Below, piece after piece: positions 9,600 to 18,864 of a stretch of 64,000 bases of DNA. A program made the position numbers and the translations under genes. Positions within the stretch are counted from its first letter, which is position 1; each line of letters starts with the position of its first letter. The notes under the pieces were generated by a model that did not search any database, was not told the origin of the DNA, and saw only the letters and a list, made by a program, of their open reading frames with translations. Source of the DNA: a virus; the IMG/VR virus record IMGVR_UViG_3300007643_000211, positions 3,099 through 67,098 of that record, one strand, 5' to 3'.

Positions 9600-10018
9600 T
9601 CTGGCGGATTGGCACTGTAAGTCGGCTTGGCGGTCACGCTGACTGTGATTGCTTCTTCGAGTGGCTCATTCCGACTGAAGTTGGTGATCACCATCGCTGC
9701 CTTGAGTCCTTGAGTTCCGGTATCGACAACGTCACCATCCAGAATCGCGAATCCGATTGCGGTCCGATTGAAGAACGCCGTTCGAATTGCGGTGAATGCG
9801 GCATCCGCCGTATCCCAAACCATCTCGAACTCAATCGAGCCATCCTTGAGTGTCGCCAGCGTCGCTTTCCAGCCGTTGTTGCCACGCGTACTGGCGTCCG
9901 CTTCTCCCGCTTCGATGTTGAGCGTCAAATCCTTGACGTTCTTGATTTCCTCCATCGTGCCGGAGAAATCCGCCGCGTTGTGATACAGCTTGGCCTCAAG
10001 GCCGAGTCGAATTCCCAT
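9584..10018 (-). CDS. Tail tube (major tail) protein
   Basis: IKNVKDLTL..EAGEADASTR..NGWK..L.TLKDGSIEFEMVWD...ITNFSRNEPLEEAITVSVT pattern of TP901-like tail tube. Confidence 0.8.
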   Translation of the reverse strand: MGIRLGLEAKLYHNAADFSGTMEEIKNVKDLTLNIEAGEADASTRGNNGWKATLATLKDGSIEFEMVWDTADAAFTAIRTAFFNRTAIGFAILDGDVVDTGTQGLKAAMVITNFSRNEPLEEAITVSVTAKPTYSANPPEWMVV

Positions 10019-10044
10019 TGTGCATCAATTCCTGTTAATCCGCG

Positions 10045-10833
10045 TTACGCTGTCGGGGCGGGCGCGAACGATTCGGATGGAGTAGCATTCTGCGAACTGT
10101 TGGCGGTCACCTCAGGGCCAGATGGCCAGCGGCCCAGTTTGGGCAGATGGCTGATCGGAATCCCGTTGGTCAGAACTTCGAGGTCATCCTCGGTTGGCCA
10201 GTCTTCAATTTCAGGAACGGTGTCGAGCAGTTCTGTGCTGGTGAACCAGATTGACGGGTTGTATCCCGCCAGTTGCTGATCCGTCAGCGTAAAGTCTGGC
10301 TTGGAGGCCTCCTCGAGCGGCACGCGAAACAGTTCGGTCGCCATCAGGCGATAGACCCGCTGTACGTATTGACCGATGAGACCAGCGAAGCCTTCACTGA
10401 TTTCGAGCGGTTTGGCATTCTCCTGATGCTGCATCGCTTCGGTCATCGAGAGCAGAATCAGGCCGGCATACTGCTTGAGCCACTGGTTGCGGACTTTGAA
10501 ATACGGAGTCGGATAGACCAGGAACTCCTCCGGCGCTGGCAGTGCATGAGCCGATTCCATATTGAGTGTTGATGCTGGAACGGCGCGACCGTGTAGAATC
10601 GAGCGTGCTCGCGTGCAGAGTTTGTGAATCCGAGTCAGCGTGTTGATGCTCGGTGGCGTCCGCAATCGGGAATCGGGATGCCACATGATAGCCTGCAAGT
10701 TGCGACCAACAACATCAGTCAGATATCGAATCGTGTCATTCTGCGACTTGGTGTCATCGGAGTAATTCGGAACCGCCAAGCCAAAGCGGCTCCAGTCACC
10801 AGCGCTGTACCACAGAAAAGCATCGTGAGTCAT
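10045..10833 (-). CDS. Hypothetical protein in morphogenesis operon
   Basis: 262-aa ORF coupled to neighbours; no motif recognised. Confidence 0.6.
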   Translation of the reverse strand: MTHDAFLWYSAGDWSRFGLAVPNYSDDTKSQNDTIRYLTDVVGRNLQAIMWHPDSRLRTPPSINTLTRIHKLCTRARSILHGRAVPASTLNMESAHALPAPEEFLVYPTPYFKVRNQWLKQYAGLILLSMTEAMQHQENAKPLEISEGFAGLIGQYVQRVYRLMATELFRVPLEEASKPDFTLTDQQLAGYNPSIWFTSTELLDTVPEIEDWPTEDDLEVLTNGIPISHLPKLGRWPSGPEVTANSSQNATPSESFAPAPTA

Positions 10834-10864
10834 GAGAAGTTTTCCTTGAGAAGAAGAAGTCGGG

Positions 10865-12250
10865 TTAAGAATTCGGTTTCAGCCCTTTGGAGGAGAGATA
10901 CTGATCGATCAACCCCTTGATCGTTTCCATGGTGCCGACCGAGCCAGGGTACTTTCGAGCCATTTCCGCTTCCGCCCAGGCAAAGGCTTCCGCGTATGTG
11001 TCCCGTTCATACGGAGCAAAGCGTGTCTCCGGCATGATTGCCTGCGGAAGCGGCGGAGAGTCGATCGTGATCGTGGGAGGTGGAGCCCGTCCTGATTGAT
11101 GCTTCCGACGTTTGCGAATCGTCCGCCAAAGGGCGATGCCTCCCAGGACCAGTCCACCTGCTCCTCCCGTCGCTCCTGTCACACCGAGCCAGGTGGCAAT
11201 GGTTGTCGCGGATTGGACAAGATTTGTCAGTCGTTCGATTCGCTCATCATTCTGGTCAGGTTCTGGCGGAGTCGTTGCAGGTCGCGACTCGGCTGATTCA
11301 GTTGACGCCTCAGTAACTGCTGGTGATTCACTGATTTCCGTGTTTGGTTCCGGAGTTGTGGAAACAGGTTGCCCGATCCCCAACTGCTGCAGCAATTTCT
11401 CTGGTGTCGAATATCCAGTGATCCGCAATTTGCCAATCATCAGAAATGTCGGGACGTTGGTGATCTTATATCGATCGGCCAGATCAGGATTGGTATCCAC
11501 ATCGACGATTTTGATCTGAAACGTCGCATTCAGTGCACTGTGAAACGCTGAATTCTCTGCATAATCCTGTTTGAATATCAGGCAGGGTCGACATGTCTTT
11601 GAACTGAATACATACAGTGTTGGCAGTTCATTTTCAGGTGTTGGTTCCTGTTGATTGCGTTTGGTGACCGCGGCATAGGCTTCTCGAACCGCGGCGGAAG
11701 AGATGAAGACGCTGGTCTGTTGATCGCCACTGTTGAGGAGACCACAAACCTGACCATGGCGATTCAGCAATGGTCCCCCACTCCAACCGGGAGCGGTCTG
11801 ACACGCGACGACATTGCCTTTGAATGGTCCGCCGGCATACGTGAAGTTGTTCCAGCGGAGCAGGCGGCCACTCGTCCAGCGAAGTTCTCGGAATTGTCCC
11901 TGAATTTGCGGATAGCCGTATGTCCAGACACATTCACCAAGCATTGGCGGTGTCATCGCAACTTCGAGATACGGATACCCATCCCCCTCGCAGTCATAGA
12001 CCACTGGGCCTTCGGTCTCGCTGCAGCTGTAAACTCGCTGGGCTGAAACCGATCGCTTCCGAAACTTGACGGTGACAGTCTCTGGGAGATCGCAATGCTT
12101 GGCAGTCATCACCAGGCCGGAAGCATCAACACAAACTCCGCTGCAGCCATCAACGAGCACGACGGCGTCGCGTGGTTCCGCAGCCTGTAGACCGCAACAG
12201 ATCAGCGCAATGAGAACAAAGCAGAGTCGATTCAACAGAATCTCCACCAT
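10865..12250 (-). CDS. Secreted trypsin-like serine protease with thioredoxin-like CxxC domain and C-terminal hydrophobic segment
   Basis: Signal-like N-terminus; TAKHC (His) and GWSGGPLL (Ser) motifs; CRPC followed by VDVDTNPDLA..YKITNVPTF. Confidence 0.85.
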   Translation of the reverse strand: MVEILLNRLCFVLIALICCGLQAAEPRDAVVLVDGCSGVCVDASGLVMTAKHCDLPETVTVKFRKRSVSAQRVYSCSETEGPVVYDCEGDGYPYLEVAMTPPMLGECVWTYGYPQIQGQFRELRWTSGRLLRWNNFTYAGGPFKGNVVACQTAPGWSGGPLLNRHGQVCGLLNSGDQQTSVFISSAAVREAYAAVTKRNQQEPTPENELPTLYVFSSKTCRPCLIFKQDYAENSAFHSALNATFQIKIVDVDTNPDLADRYKITNVPTFLMIGKLRITGYSTPEKLLQQLGIGQPVSTTPEPNTEISESPAVTEASTESAESRPATTPPEPDQNDERIERLTNLVQSATTIATWLGVTGATGGAGGLVLGGIALWRTIRKRRKHQSGRAPPPTITIDSPPLPQAIMPETRFAPYERDTYAEAFAWAEAEMARKYPGSVGTMETIKGLIDQYLSSKGLKPNS

Positions 12251-12261
12251 CAGAGAGAAAA

Positions 12262-12885
12262 TCAGGCAGCGCAGAAACGGTGTTCAAACTGAAACGTCCC
12301 CTGGCGAACCAGTAGCCTAAGCAGCGACGCCGGATTAAACCGTGTCGGGTTGTTGCGGTTCATGCGTCCCAGCCGCATCAGCACCGCGGCAACCAGTTCT
12401 GAGCAGAAGAGTTCGTTCAGATCAGCCTGCGGCAGAAACCGGGTCCACTTCAGAATCCGCGTGCCCGAAAGAAGTGCGCCACCGAGGTCATAGGTCACCC
12501 GTTGGCCAATGAAATGTAGTACCAGGATCTTGGTGAGCAGTTCTGACTCAAGCGTCGACAGTCCTTCAATTGGTGACAGCCGGTAAACATCGACATGACC
12601 TCCAGTCTCGACATAATCACGAACCCGGTCCTCCGGAAGATGTGACTGACAGCCATCGACGTGGTAACCGAGGATGGCACAAGGATGTTTGCAGAGTGTG
12701 GTCGACTCAACCCAGACCATGTTTCCCTGAAATCGTGTCAACACGGCGACATGCGAAGGGCCAACCTTCAGCCGTTGAGGAGCCAATGCCGATGCGGTGA
12801 GGTAACTGATCGCCTTGGCGGTGAATCCCCTCCCGTAACAGGCCGCGATATCGAGCGGCTGAAATTCAAAATCGGCAAGATTCAT
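12262..12885 (-). CDS. Permuted papain-like NlpC/P60 (YiiX/YebB-like) enzyme
   Basis: SHVAVL...VESTT and C-terminal LFCSELVAAV (His before Cys). Confidence 0.8.
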   Translation of the reverse strand: MNLADFEFQPLDIAACYGRGFTAKAISYLTASALAPQRLKVGPSHVAVLTRFQGNMVWVESTTLCKHPCAILGYHVDGCQSHLPEDRVRDYVETGGHVDVYRLSPIEGLSTLESELLTKILVLHFIGQRVTYDLGGALLSGTRILKWTRFLPQADLNELFCSELVAAVLMRLGRMNRNNPTRFNPASLLRLLVRQGTFQFEHRFCAA

Positions 12886-13178
12886 TCGTGGCCTCGGATT
12901 CGATCGAAGAGTTCATCGTGCCGGGCAATCCGACGACGAATGTCTTCCAGTTCTGCAGCGCGTAACTCAGTGTTGGCCCGCACCTCCGCCTTGATGGCGC
13001 TGACATCGGAACTCATCTGCCAGGCCCAGAGAATGGCTCCAACAAAGACCACCGACACTGTGAAACTCAAGAACGAGACAAACCATTTCGGGATGACGAC
13101 AAAGCCGTTGCCGTTGATCCCCAAACTGTGAACGAACGCGGGAATTGACTTGTCGCTTTCAGAACGTCCGTTGGACAT
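12882..13178 (-). CDS. Small single-TM protein with coiled-coil tail, holin-like
   Basis: Hydrophobic WFVSFLSFTVSVVFVGAILWAW then heptad-like charged tail; position beside amidase. Confidence 0.45.
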   Translation of the reverse strand: MSNGRSESDKSIPAFVHSLGINGNGFVVIPKWFVSFLSFTVSVVFVGAILWAWQMSSDVSAIKAEVRANTELRAAELEDIRRRIARHDELFDRIRGHE

Positions 13179-13202
13179 GAAGATTCCTCAAGAGAGTGAG
13201 AA

Positions 13203-13673
13203 TTAAGCGGCCCCAATCAGTGCGTCCTCCCAGAGTCGCGGAAGGTCCTGTTTGTTCTTTTCAAACGCAGGTCCCATATAGGGACGTGGAGCGATCGTGA
13301 CTCGTTTCAGACTGACGATCCGTTTCCCTTTTCGCCGTTTGACGCGACGAATCGTGATGACTCCCCCATGTTCCAGCGTTTCGGGAGCACCAGTGGAGCC
13401 GTTGAGCAATGTGGGCCCGATAATCACTGACCGTCGCGAGTGGCTGTAAACGAAGAAGATGTTCTTCTTCAGCAGACCCGTCTGGTTGGTCGGTGACTGT
13501 CCTGGCCGAGAGGCTCGTTTGCGGCGACGAATACTGGCTTTGGCATCAGCCCGGACGAAAGCCCCGAACTTGGAGAGGACACGTCGTTCCCGTTTACTGA
13601 TCGCGTTCTGAACTTTCGTGCGATCGAAGAACTGAGACTTCGCCCGATTCAGTTTCATTCCGATGTTGACCAT
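13203..13673 (-). CDS. Tail completion/virion morphogenesis protein (HK97 gp10-like)
   Basis: Basic protein, SRPGQSP..QTGLLKKNI, RPYMGPAFE C-terminal motif. Confidence 0.65.
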   Translation of the reverse strand: MVNIGMKLNRAKSQFFDRTKVQNAISKRERRVLSKFGAFVRADAKASIRRRKRASRPGQSPTNQTGLLKKNIFFVYSHSRRSVIIGPTLLNGSTGAPETLEHGGVITIRRVKRRKGKRIVSLKRVTIAPRPYMGPAFEKNKQDLPRLWEDALIGAA

Positions 13674-13683
13674 CGGGTGACTC

Positions 13684-14115
13684 TTATTCCAATATCTTAA
13701 ACGTGACTGTCATCACACTGGTAAACTGTCGGTTCTGCTGCAGATGTTCGGTGGAATAAATCGCCCGAAATTCTGTCTTGGACCAGATCGCGTTGGGATA
13801 GGTAGCCAATCGTTTCGGCTGAAAAGACTCTGCGATCTCTTCCGCCAGCGCCAGCAATGGATCAAGATCAGCGTTGGCTTCCGCAGAGAGTTTCTGTTGC
13901 ACAGCAATATCGATCGCCACTTCCTGTTGCGTGCCGCCACGCCCAAGAGTTGCCGTTGTGAGTCCATTGGGAATCACTGTGACATGCAGGATTTTCAGGT
14001 CAGCCAGTTCGTATCGCGGTTGATAGTGCCTCTGAGCCGTGAATGAGAGGCTGAATGACTGGCCATTGAGTTCGGTCACGACAGCATCAGCGATCGCAGT
14101 GATCAACGGCATCAA
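13684..14115 (-). CDS. Tail terminator-like protein
   Basis: Position in connector cluster; size and beta/alpha pattern. Confidence 0.5.
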   Translation of the reverse strand: MMPLITAIADAVVTELNGQSFSLSFTAQRHYQPRYELADLKILHVTVIPNGLTTATLGRGGTQQEVAIDIAVQQKLSAEANADLDPLLALAEEIAESFQPKRLATYPNAIWSKTEFRAIYSTEHLQQNRQFTSVMTVTFKILE

Positions 14116-14489
14116 GCAGCTCCTATGAACTTCGTGTGAATCCGGAGCGTCTGACGATACAGATCCGAGTATCGCCAGCAGGGTTCTTTACCGGGAGCAG
14201 TCACTTCATACAGCAGAGTTTCAGTCCAAACTGTCTCTTCGATGATGTCGCCTCGTTGTGGGAGCGAGGCATTTCCAGCGAGAATCAAATCCTCGGTCAG
14301 CATCAGGAAATCTCGCGACTCGATCCGTTGAACGACTCCAAACTCGTCATCGATTTCAAATTCGGTCTTTCCAATCGTGGCAGAAACCGCAACGGAGTCA
14401 GGATTGCGACGATAGAGGACTGGCTGGCTGAGGTGCTTGGTCCGTTGCTGAGCCAACCAGGTTGCGGCGTTTGCGAGCAGATCGGCCAT
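14112..14489 (-). CDS. Head-tail joining/closure protein
   Basis: Position; RDFL...LPQRGD.I.E motif of lambda gpFII-like proteins. Confidence 0.6.
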   Translation of the reverse strand: MADLLANAATWLAQQRTKHLSQPVLYRRNPDSVAVSATIGKTEFEIDDEFGVVQRIESRDFLMLTEDLILAGNASLPQRGDIIEETVWTETLLYEVTAPGKEPCWRYSDLYRQTLRIHTKFIGAA

Positions 14490-14836
14490 TACTGGCTCAT
14501 ACGGACACGAACAAATTCATCAGCGTCGACTGTTGCCAGCACAGTTTTGCCGAGCTTCTTGTCGCCTCCCGCTTCACTGTCGGTCTTGGCGACCTGTTCA
14601 GCGTCGTCCCAGTAGACATCAAGACCAACGTCGATGGCCGATCCGCCGCCAGTTGCCTTCGGAAACTCAAAGACACCGGAGACATGAATCGCTCCCTGCT
14701 CGTTGGCAACAATTTTCCGTTTCGTGACGCCGACCAGGTCGTTCTGCACAACAACCGACCCAGCTTCGACATCCGCCCCTGGTGTGTAATCAACCGCGTT
14801 GCCTTCTTCCACAAATGTGACCAATGGTGTGGCCAT
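14489..14836 (-). CDS. DUF2190 family capsid cement protein
   Basis: FVEEGNAVDYTPGADVEAGSVVVQNDLVGV...GVFEFPKA...G.DVYWD. Confidence 0.85.
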   Translation of the reverse strand: MATPLVTFVEEGNAVDYTPGADVEAGSVVVQNDLVGVTKRKIVANEQGAIHVSGVFEFPKATGGGSAIDVGLDVYWDDAEQVAKTDSEAGGDKKLGKTVLATVDADEFVRVRMSQ

Positions 14837-14884
14837 GATGACTCCAAAGAAAACTGAAAAGTGATAATGAGAGATTCAGAGAGC

Positions 14885-14914
14885 GAGAACTGATGGAAAT
14901 CTCCATCAGTTCTC
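14885..14914. promoter_or_regulatory. Perfect 13-bp stem-loop just downstream of major capsid gene (mRNA stabiliser/attenuator)
   Basis: GAGAACTGATGGA-AATC-TCCATCAGTTCTC; no clear U-tract on the coding strand. Confidence 0.6.
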
Positions 14915-14926
14915 AGGGGCAGTGGC

Positions 14927-17086
14927 TTATGCCTCACCCTTCATTTTGACCGCACCGCGAGGGTCCTGTTCACGAACACCGACATCGATGTAGCCTCGGA
15001 ATCCCATGCCGAGCGTGTTGGGTGGAGCTTCGACCCGTTCGATGACGGGTACACGACGACCGTTGAGAAACACGATCTCAAACGCGGCCAACACAACCGG
15101 ATCAGCGAACAGATACCATGCCTTGGCACTATTCCCGGTGTAAAAGCTGTCGGAAAGATGCGGCATCGAGACAACTTCGTACTTGTTCCGGTGCGGATTA
15201 TCAACTGGAAGTTTGACCTCACTTCCCGAAGCATCAATCATCAACTGCGCGGACCCCATCAACAGTTCCGCATCGGTCTCAATCTCAACAGGAACGACGA
15301 GATACTTGGGCCGCACATTGATCGGCTTTTTGTCCTTCTCCTTATTGCCTGGACCTGCTTTTTGCTTGCGGAAAAGCGTCTTCGCATTCGTCAGGGCATC
15401 TGGGCCGAATGCCGTTTCGACTCCTTCAAGGTAATTCTTATTGCCGGTTGAAAAGAACCCGGTTGGAGGCTTGAGGAACAACTTGAAGAACAGGTCGTCA
15501 ATCGATTCCGCACCACTTCGCCCCATCTGACGAGGGAGATCAAGAAACGCATCAAGGTCATCGTTAATGATATCGCGGCGATCCAGCATCAGGATCTGAC
15601 CATATGTATCCGCGCGATTCGAGTATTTTTGCTCGTCGACGGTGCCAGCTTTGAGCTCGCCTGTGGGTGAGACCTGCTCAAACCCACCCGTTCCCAGCAG
15701 TCGATAGCGACTCACTTCCTTGAAGTCACTCACCGAACCGATCGCACAGAGTTGGAACGCTGCTATGGGGGCTGCTTCATACGCCGCCAGCATTGTCCGG
15801 TTCATCACGCTTTCCAGAATTCCTGGCAGTGCAATCGTGGAAAACCCGGCACGGATCACCTCTTTGCCATCACCAAAGATTCTGGGAATATCGTGGCCCT
15901 CCAGTCGAGCACACTCCGCGACCAGTTCCCGCAGTCCAATCTGCCGCATCGGATGAGCCGCTTCCAAGGTCTGTTCACCAAATTCACGCAGGCAGTCTTT
16001 CTCTGCGACATTCGCCGACATCCAGACAGCTGCTTCCAGGACGCGGGCGGAGGCAACAGGAGGTGCCCCATGAATCTTGGGAGCTTTCGGACGAGAAGCC
16101 CGCAGGACTTCGAGTTCGGTCCGATTGACGTCCCAGCCTTCTCGGACCGCTTTCGCTTCAATATCTGGATGCTCACCTGCACAGACTTTGGAGATTGCAT
16201 GAATTCGCTCTTTTTCGGCGGCACACCGGTCACGCATGTCTCCAATCAGATCAGATGTCGCGGCCTGTACGGTGTTGGATGTACCTTCCCCGGTTGCGGT
16301 CAAGCCGGTTTCCTGGTCGTCATCGGTCCCAGGTTCTGCGTCCGGATTCGTTGAATCGTCAAACATTGCCTGCAGGCTGGTTGATTGTTCGTCAGTCAAT
16401 TCGTCCGCATTAAAGCCTTTGGCGGTGAGCCATGTTTCAAAATCCATTGCCTGGACCTTCAATAAAGTGTTGTGAGTGTGAAGAGATGGTGATTCCGTAC
16501 TGCGGGCGGCGATCATTCGAGCGATCGTTTGATCATCCGCTCCAAGCGCCACAAAGCTGACTTCGCGAAGTTTTGACTGTCGGGCCACATAGAGTGGGCC
16601 ACTGAAACGCCGTCCGTTGACCTCAACCGACTCTCCCTGGTCCACGAAGACCATTCGTTGAGACATCGCTCTGATGGATGACTGCCAGGGGAAACCATTG
16701 TCCCCCGATTCCGTCACTTCGCGGGCGTGCTCATTCGATCCCGAGATGAGACCGAGGAGTCGAATCGACCCGGCATTCACTTCGATTGTTTCGGTGTGTC
16801 CGACGATTCGGGTGCTGTCGTGATCCCGCAGAATCGGTCGACTTTTTGCGGTGACGCGAAGTCCGGAAAGATCGACCACAACCGGATACGCAAACCCCGC
16901 CAGCAGCAATTTTCCGCCGGTATAGGCGGTCATCGTAAACTTGCGGAGTTGCTTTCCCTCATCGGAATCCGCTGCGGCTTCCAGCAGTTGAAAGTCACCC
17001 GGACTCTGGGCTTCAACAATCCGAAAGCTGGTCGGCACCAGCCAGGGATCATCGGTCATCGCAGAGATCTGCTGCTCACGCGGCAT
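14927..17086 (-). CDS. Fused prohead protease-scaffold-major capsid protein (Mu gpT-like capsid)
   Basis: N-terminal FTMTAYTGG..PILRDHD..VGHT..LREVSFV protease; acidic linker; C-terminal P.YLVVPVEIE..A..L, AWYLFADP, FLNG...P; start moved to ATG 17086, overlapping portal stop. Confidence 0.85.
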   Translation of the reverse strand: MPREQQISAMTDDPWLVPTSFRIVEAQSPGDFQLLEAAADSDEGKQLRKFTMTAYTGGKLLLAGFAYPVVVDLSGLRVTAKSRPILRDHDSTRIVGHTETIEVNAGSIRLLGLISGSNEHAREVTESGDNGFPWQSSIRAMSQRMVFVDQGESVEVNGRRFSGPLYVARQSKLREVSFVALGADDQTIARMIAARSTESPSLHTHNTLLKVQAMDFETWLTAKGFNADELTDEQSTSLQAMFDDSTNPDAEPGTDDDQETGLTATGEGTSNTVQAATSDLIGDMRDRCAAEKERIHAISKVCAGEHPDIEAKAVREGWDVNRTELEVLRASRPKAPKIHGAPPVASARVLEAAVWMSANVAEKDCLREFGEQTLEAAHPMRQIGLRELVAECARLEGHDIPRIFGDGKEVIRAGFSTIALPGILESVMNRTMLAAYEAAPIAAFQLCAIGSVSDFKEVSRYRLLGTGGFEQVSPTGELKAGTVDEQKYSNRADTYGQILMLDRRDIINDDLDAFLDLPRQMGRSGAESIDDLFFKLFLKPPTGFFSTGNKNYLEGVETAFGPDALTNAKTLFRKQKAGPGNKEKDKKPINVRPKYLVVPVEIETDAELLMGSAQLMIDASGSEVKLPVDNPHRNKYEVVSMPHLSDSFYTGNSAKAWYLFADPVVLAAFEIVFLNGRRVPVIERVEAPPNTLGMGFRGYIDVGVREQDPRGAVKMKGEA

Positions 17087-18548
17087 TCGGGGTCGTCTCC
17101 TCAGAGTGGTTTTGTGATTCGTTTTCGGATTCCTCGTCATCGACGAGATGGAGGTCCGATTCAGTCAGGCCCAATTCGGTCATCAATGTCAGTTCTTTGG
17201 CCCGTTGACGAAGCAGTGTTTCCCAATCGAGCCCCATCCGGGCGTACTCATCCGCCAACGTGGTGGTGTAGGAAGCCAGGCGAACCGCCTGGGCATTCGC
17301 TTCCTTGAGTGGATCAACGTGTGACGTTCCATCCCACATCCAGCAGCGGAGCAGTGATTCACTGAAATCAATCTGATTCGGCAACAAATCGGGAATGTGT
17401 CGCGCTTCGGTCAGCCAGGCGGTCAGGATCCGATCCATAACCACCATTTCGAGATGAGACTGCTCAACGCGGATTGATTTGAAGTAGGTCTGGTGATCAA
17501 GTCGGCCTGAGGCGTAATTGTGGCGACTGCTATCGCCAGTCAGGATGTTTACCGGAAGCAAAAGTGCTCTGCCAATTTCACCCAGGATTTCACGCTTAAA
17601 CTCACCATATGTCGTTGTCGGAAACTGTGCCTGGAGTTGGCTCATCTTCCAGCCGCCCGGCATCGTCATCAGCATCCCACGTTCGAGTGAGATCAAATCC
17701 ATCGGCTCAACAGCTTCCGATTCCCCGTTGGCAGGAGCATCGGTGTAAAGGATTCCGCCAGGAAGGGCAGCGATTTCGGCAGCGGTCAGGACTGCCAGTG
17801 TGTAACGTCGAAGTTGTGCGAAGAGTGGCAACGCGGGCGTGATGTCCGGAATACCGCGAGCCTGGCCTGGTCGATCGACTCGGAAATAGTGAATCATGTC
17901 CCGGACCGGGATTCGATCAAACTTCAGAGTCAGTGCCCCGAACAGACCGCCGGGGTGATCCTTGAGAACGTGATACTCAACGGGATTGCCGAATTCATCG
18001 AGCTTGATTCCATCGATTTCATTCTCGCGGACGGTTTTCAGGTCGGGTGTTGTGACCTGCTCGGCTTCGACCAATTTTAGGTCAAGTTTGATTTCACCCT
18101 GGATCTCCGGGTTACTGGTCAGGATCGCAAATGATTCTCCATCAGCAACACGGGCCATTCGCAAGGTGCGAAGTTTTTCCGCCAGACGAACAGCTTTGGA
18201 CCACTTGGAAAATTCCTGTTCAATTTTGCGGTTGGCGTCAGGATTGGTAGTCAGCATCTGCAGGCGTGGGCCAGTTCCAACGACATCATTGGCTAGGGTG
18301 AGAACTAACCCACGGGCATAGCTGTTGTTGGCGATCTCGTACCGGCAACGCATCCGCAGGATTTTGCGGACTTCGCAGCTGTTGGCTGCGTTGGCGGACA
18401 GGTCATCAGCATGTTGCCAGTGTCTGCGGTTTTCATCGGTTGTGGCTGCCGCATCGTAACGAGCCTTCAGCGCGCGGAGCTTCTGAAAGATCGTCTCACC
18501 AGTTCCCGGTTGGGGAATGCGCAGTCTGTTTCGCAGCCAGCGGAGCAA
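17076..18548 (-). CDS. Portal protein, lambda family
   Basis: LRMRCRYEIANNSYARG, VVGTGPRLQ, RPGQARGIP, NYASGRLD. Confidence 0.92.
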   Translation of the reverse strand: MLRWLRNRLRIPQPGTGETIFQKLRALKARYDAAATTDENRRHWQHADDLSANAANSCEVRKILRMRCRYEIANNSYARGLVLTLANDVVGTGPRLQMLTTNPDANRKIEQEFSKWSKAVRLAEKLRTLRMARVADGESFAILTSNPEIQGEIKLDLKLVEAEQVTTPDLKTVRENEIDGIKLDEFGNPVEYHVLKDHPGGLFGALTLKFDRIPVRDMIHYFRVDRPGQARGIPDITPALPLFAQLRRYTLAVLTAAEIAALPGGILYTDAPANGESEAVEPMDLISLERGMLMTMPGGWKMSQLQAQFPTTTYGEFKREILGEIGRALLLPVNILTGDSSRHNYASGRLDHQTYFKSIRVEQSHLEMVVMDRILTAWLTEARHIPDLLPNQIDFSESLLRCWMWDGTSHVDPLKEANAQAVRLASYTTTLADEYARMGLDWETLLRQRAKELTLMTELGLTESDLHLVDDEESENESQNHSEETTPNAA

Positions 18549-18589
18549 CGATAACTCACTTGAAAGCGTGAAAGAGATTTCGCGGCGAC

Positions 18590-18790
18590 TTACTGAGCGC
18601 CGGGAGGAGAGATTCGCGAGAGACGCAGGCCTCGGTGTTTCTTTTTTGCGGCCTCTTTGGAAGCGAGATAGCGGTCCGCTTCAATCTGGTCCTTGAGGGA
18701 GTGTTGTTTCATGCCGCCCGAATCACCATGAGCCTCGGCTGGGCCAGAAGCGTTGTCACGGATTGACTGTTCGATTGATTCGTCAGACAT
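18590..18790 (-). CDS. Small head-completion (gpW-position) protein
   Basis: Between terminase and portal; 66 aa. Confidence 0.55.
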   Translation of the reverse strand: MSDESIEQSIRDNASGPAEAHGDSGGMKQHSLKDQIEADRYLASKEAAKKKHRGLRLSRISPPGAQ

Positions 18791-18864
18791 GAAGAAAAAA
18801 TGTCCCTCCCTATATATTTACGTAACGAACAAGCGAAAACGGCGTTGAGTTTTTGACAAGTTTT

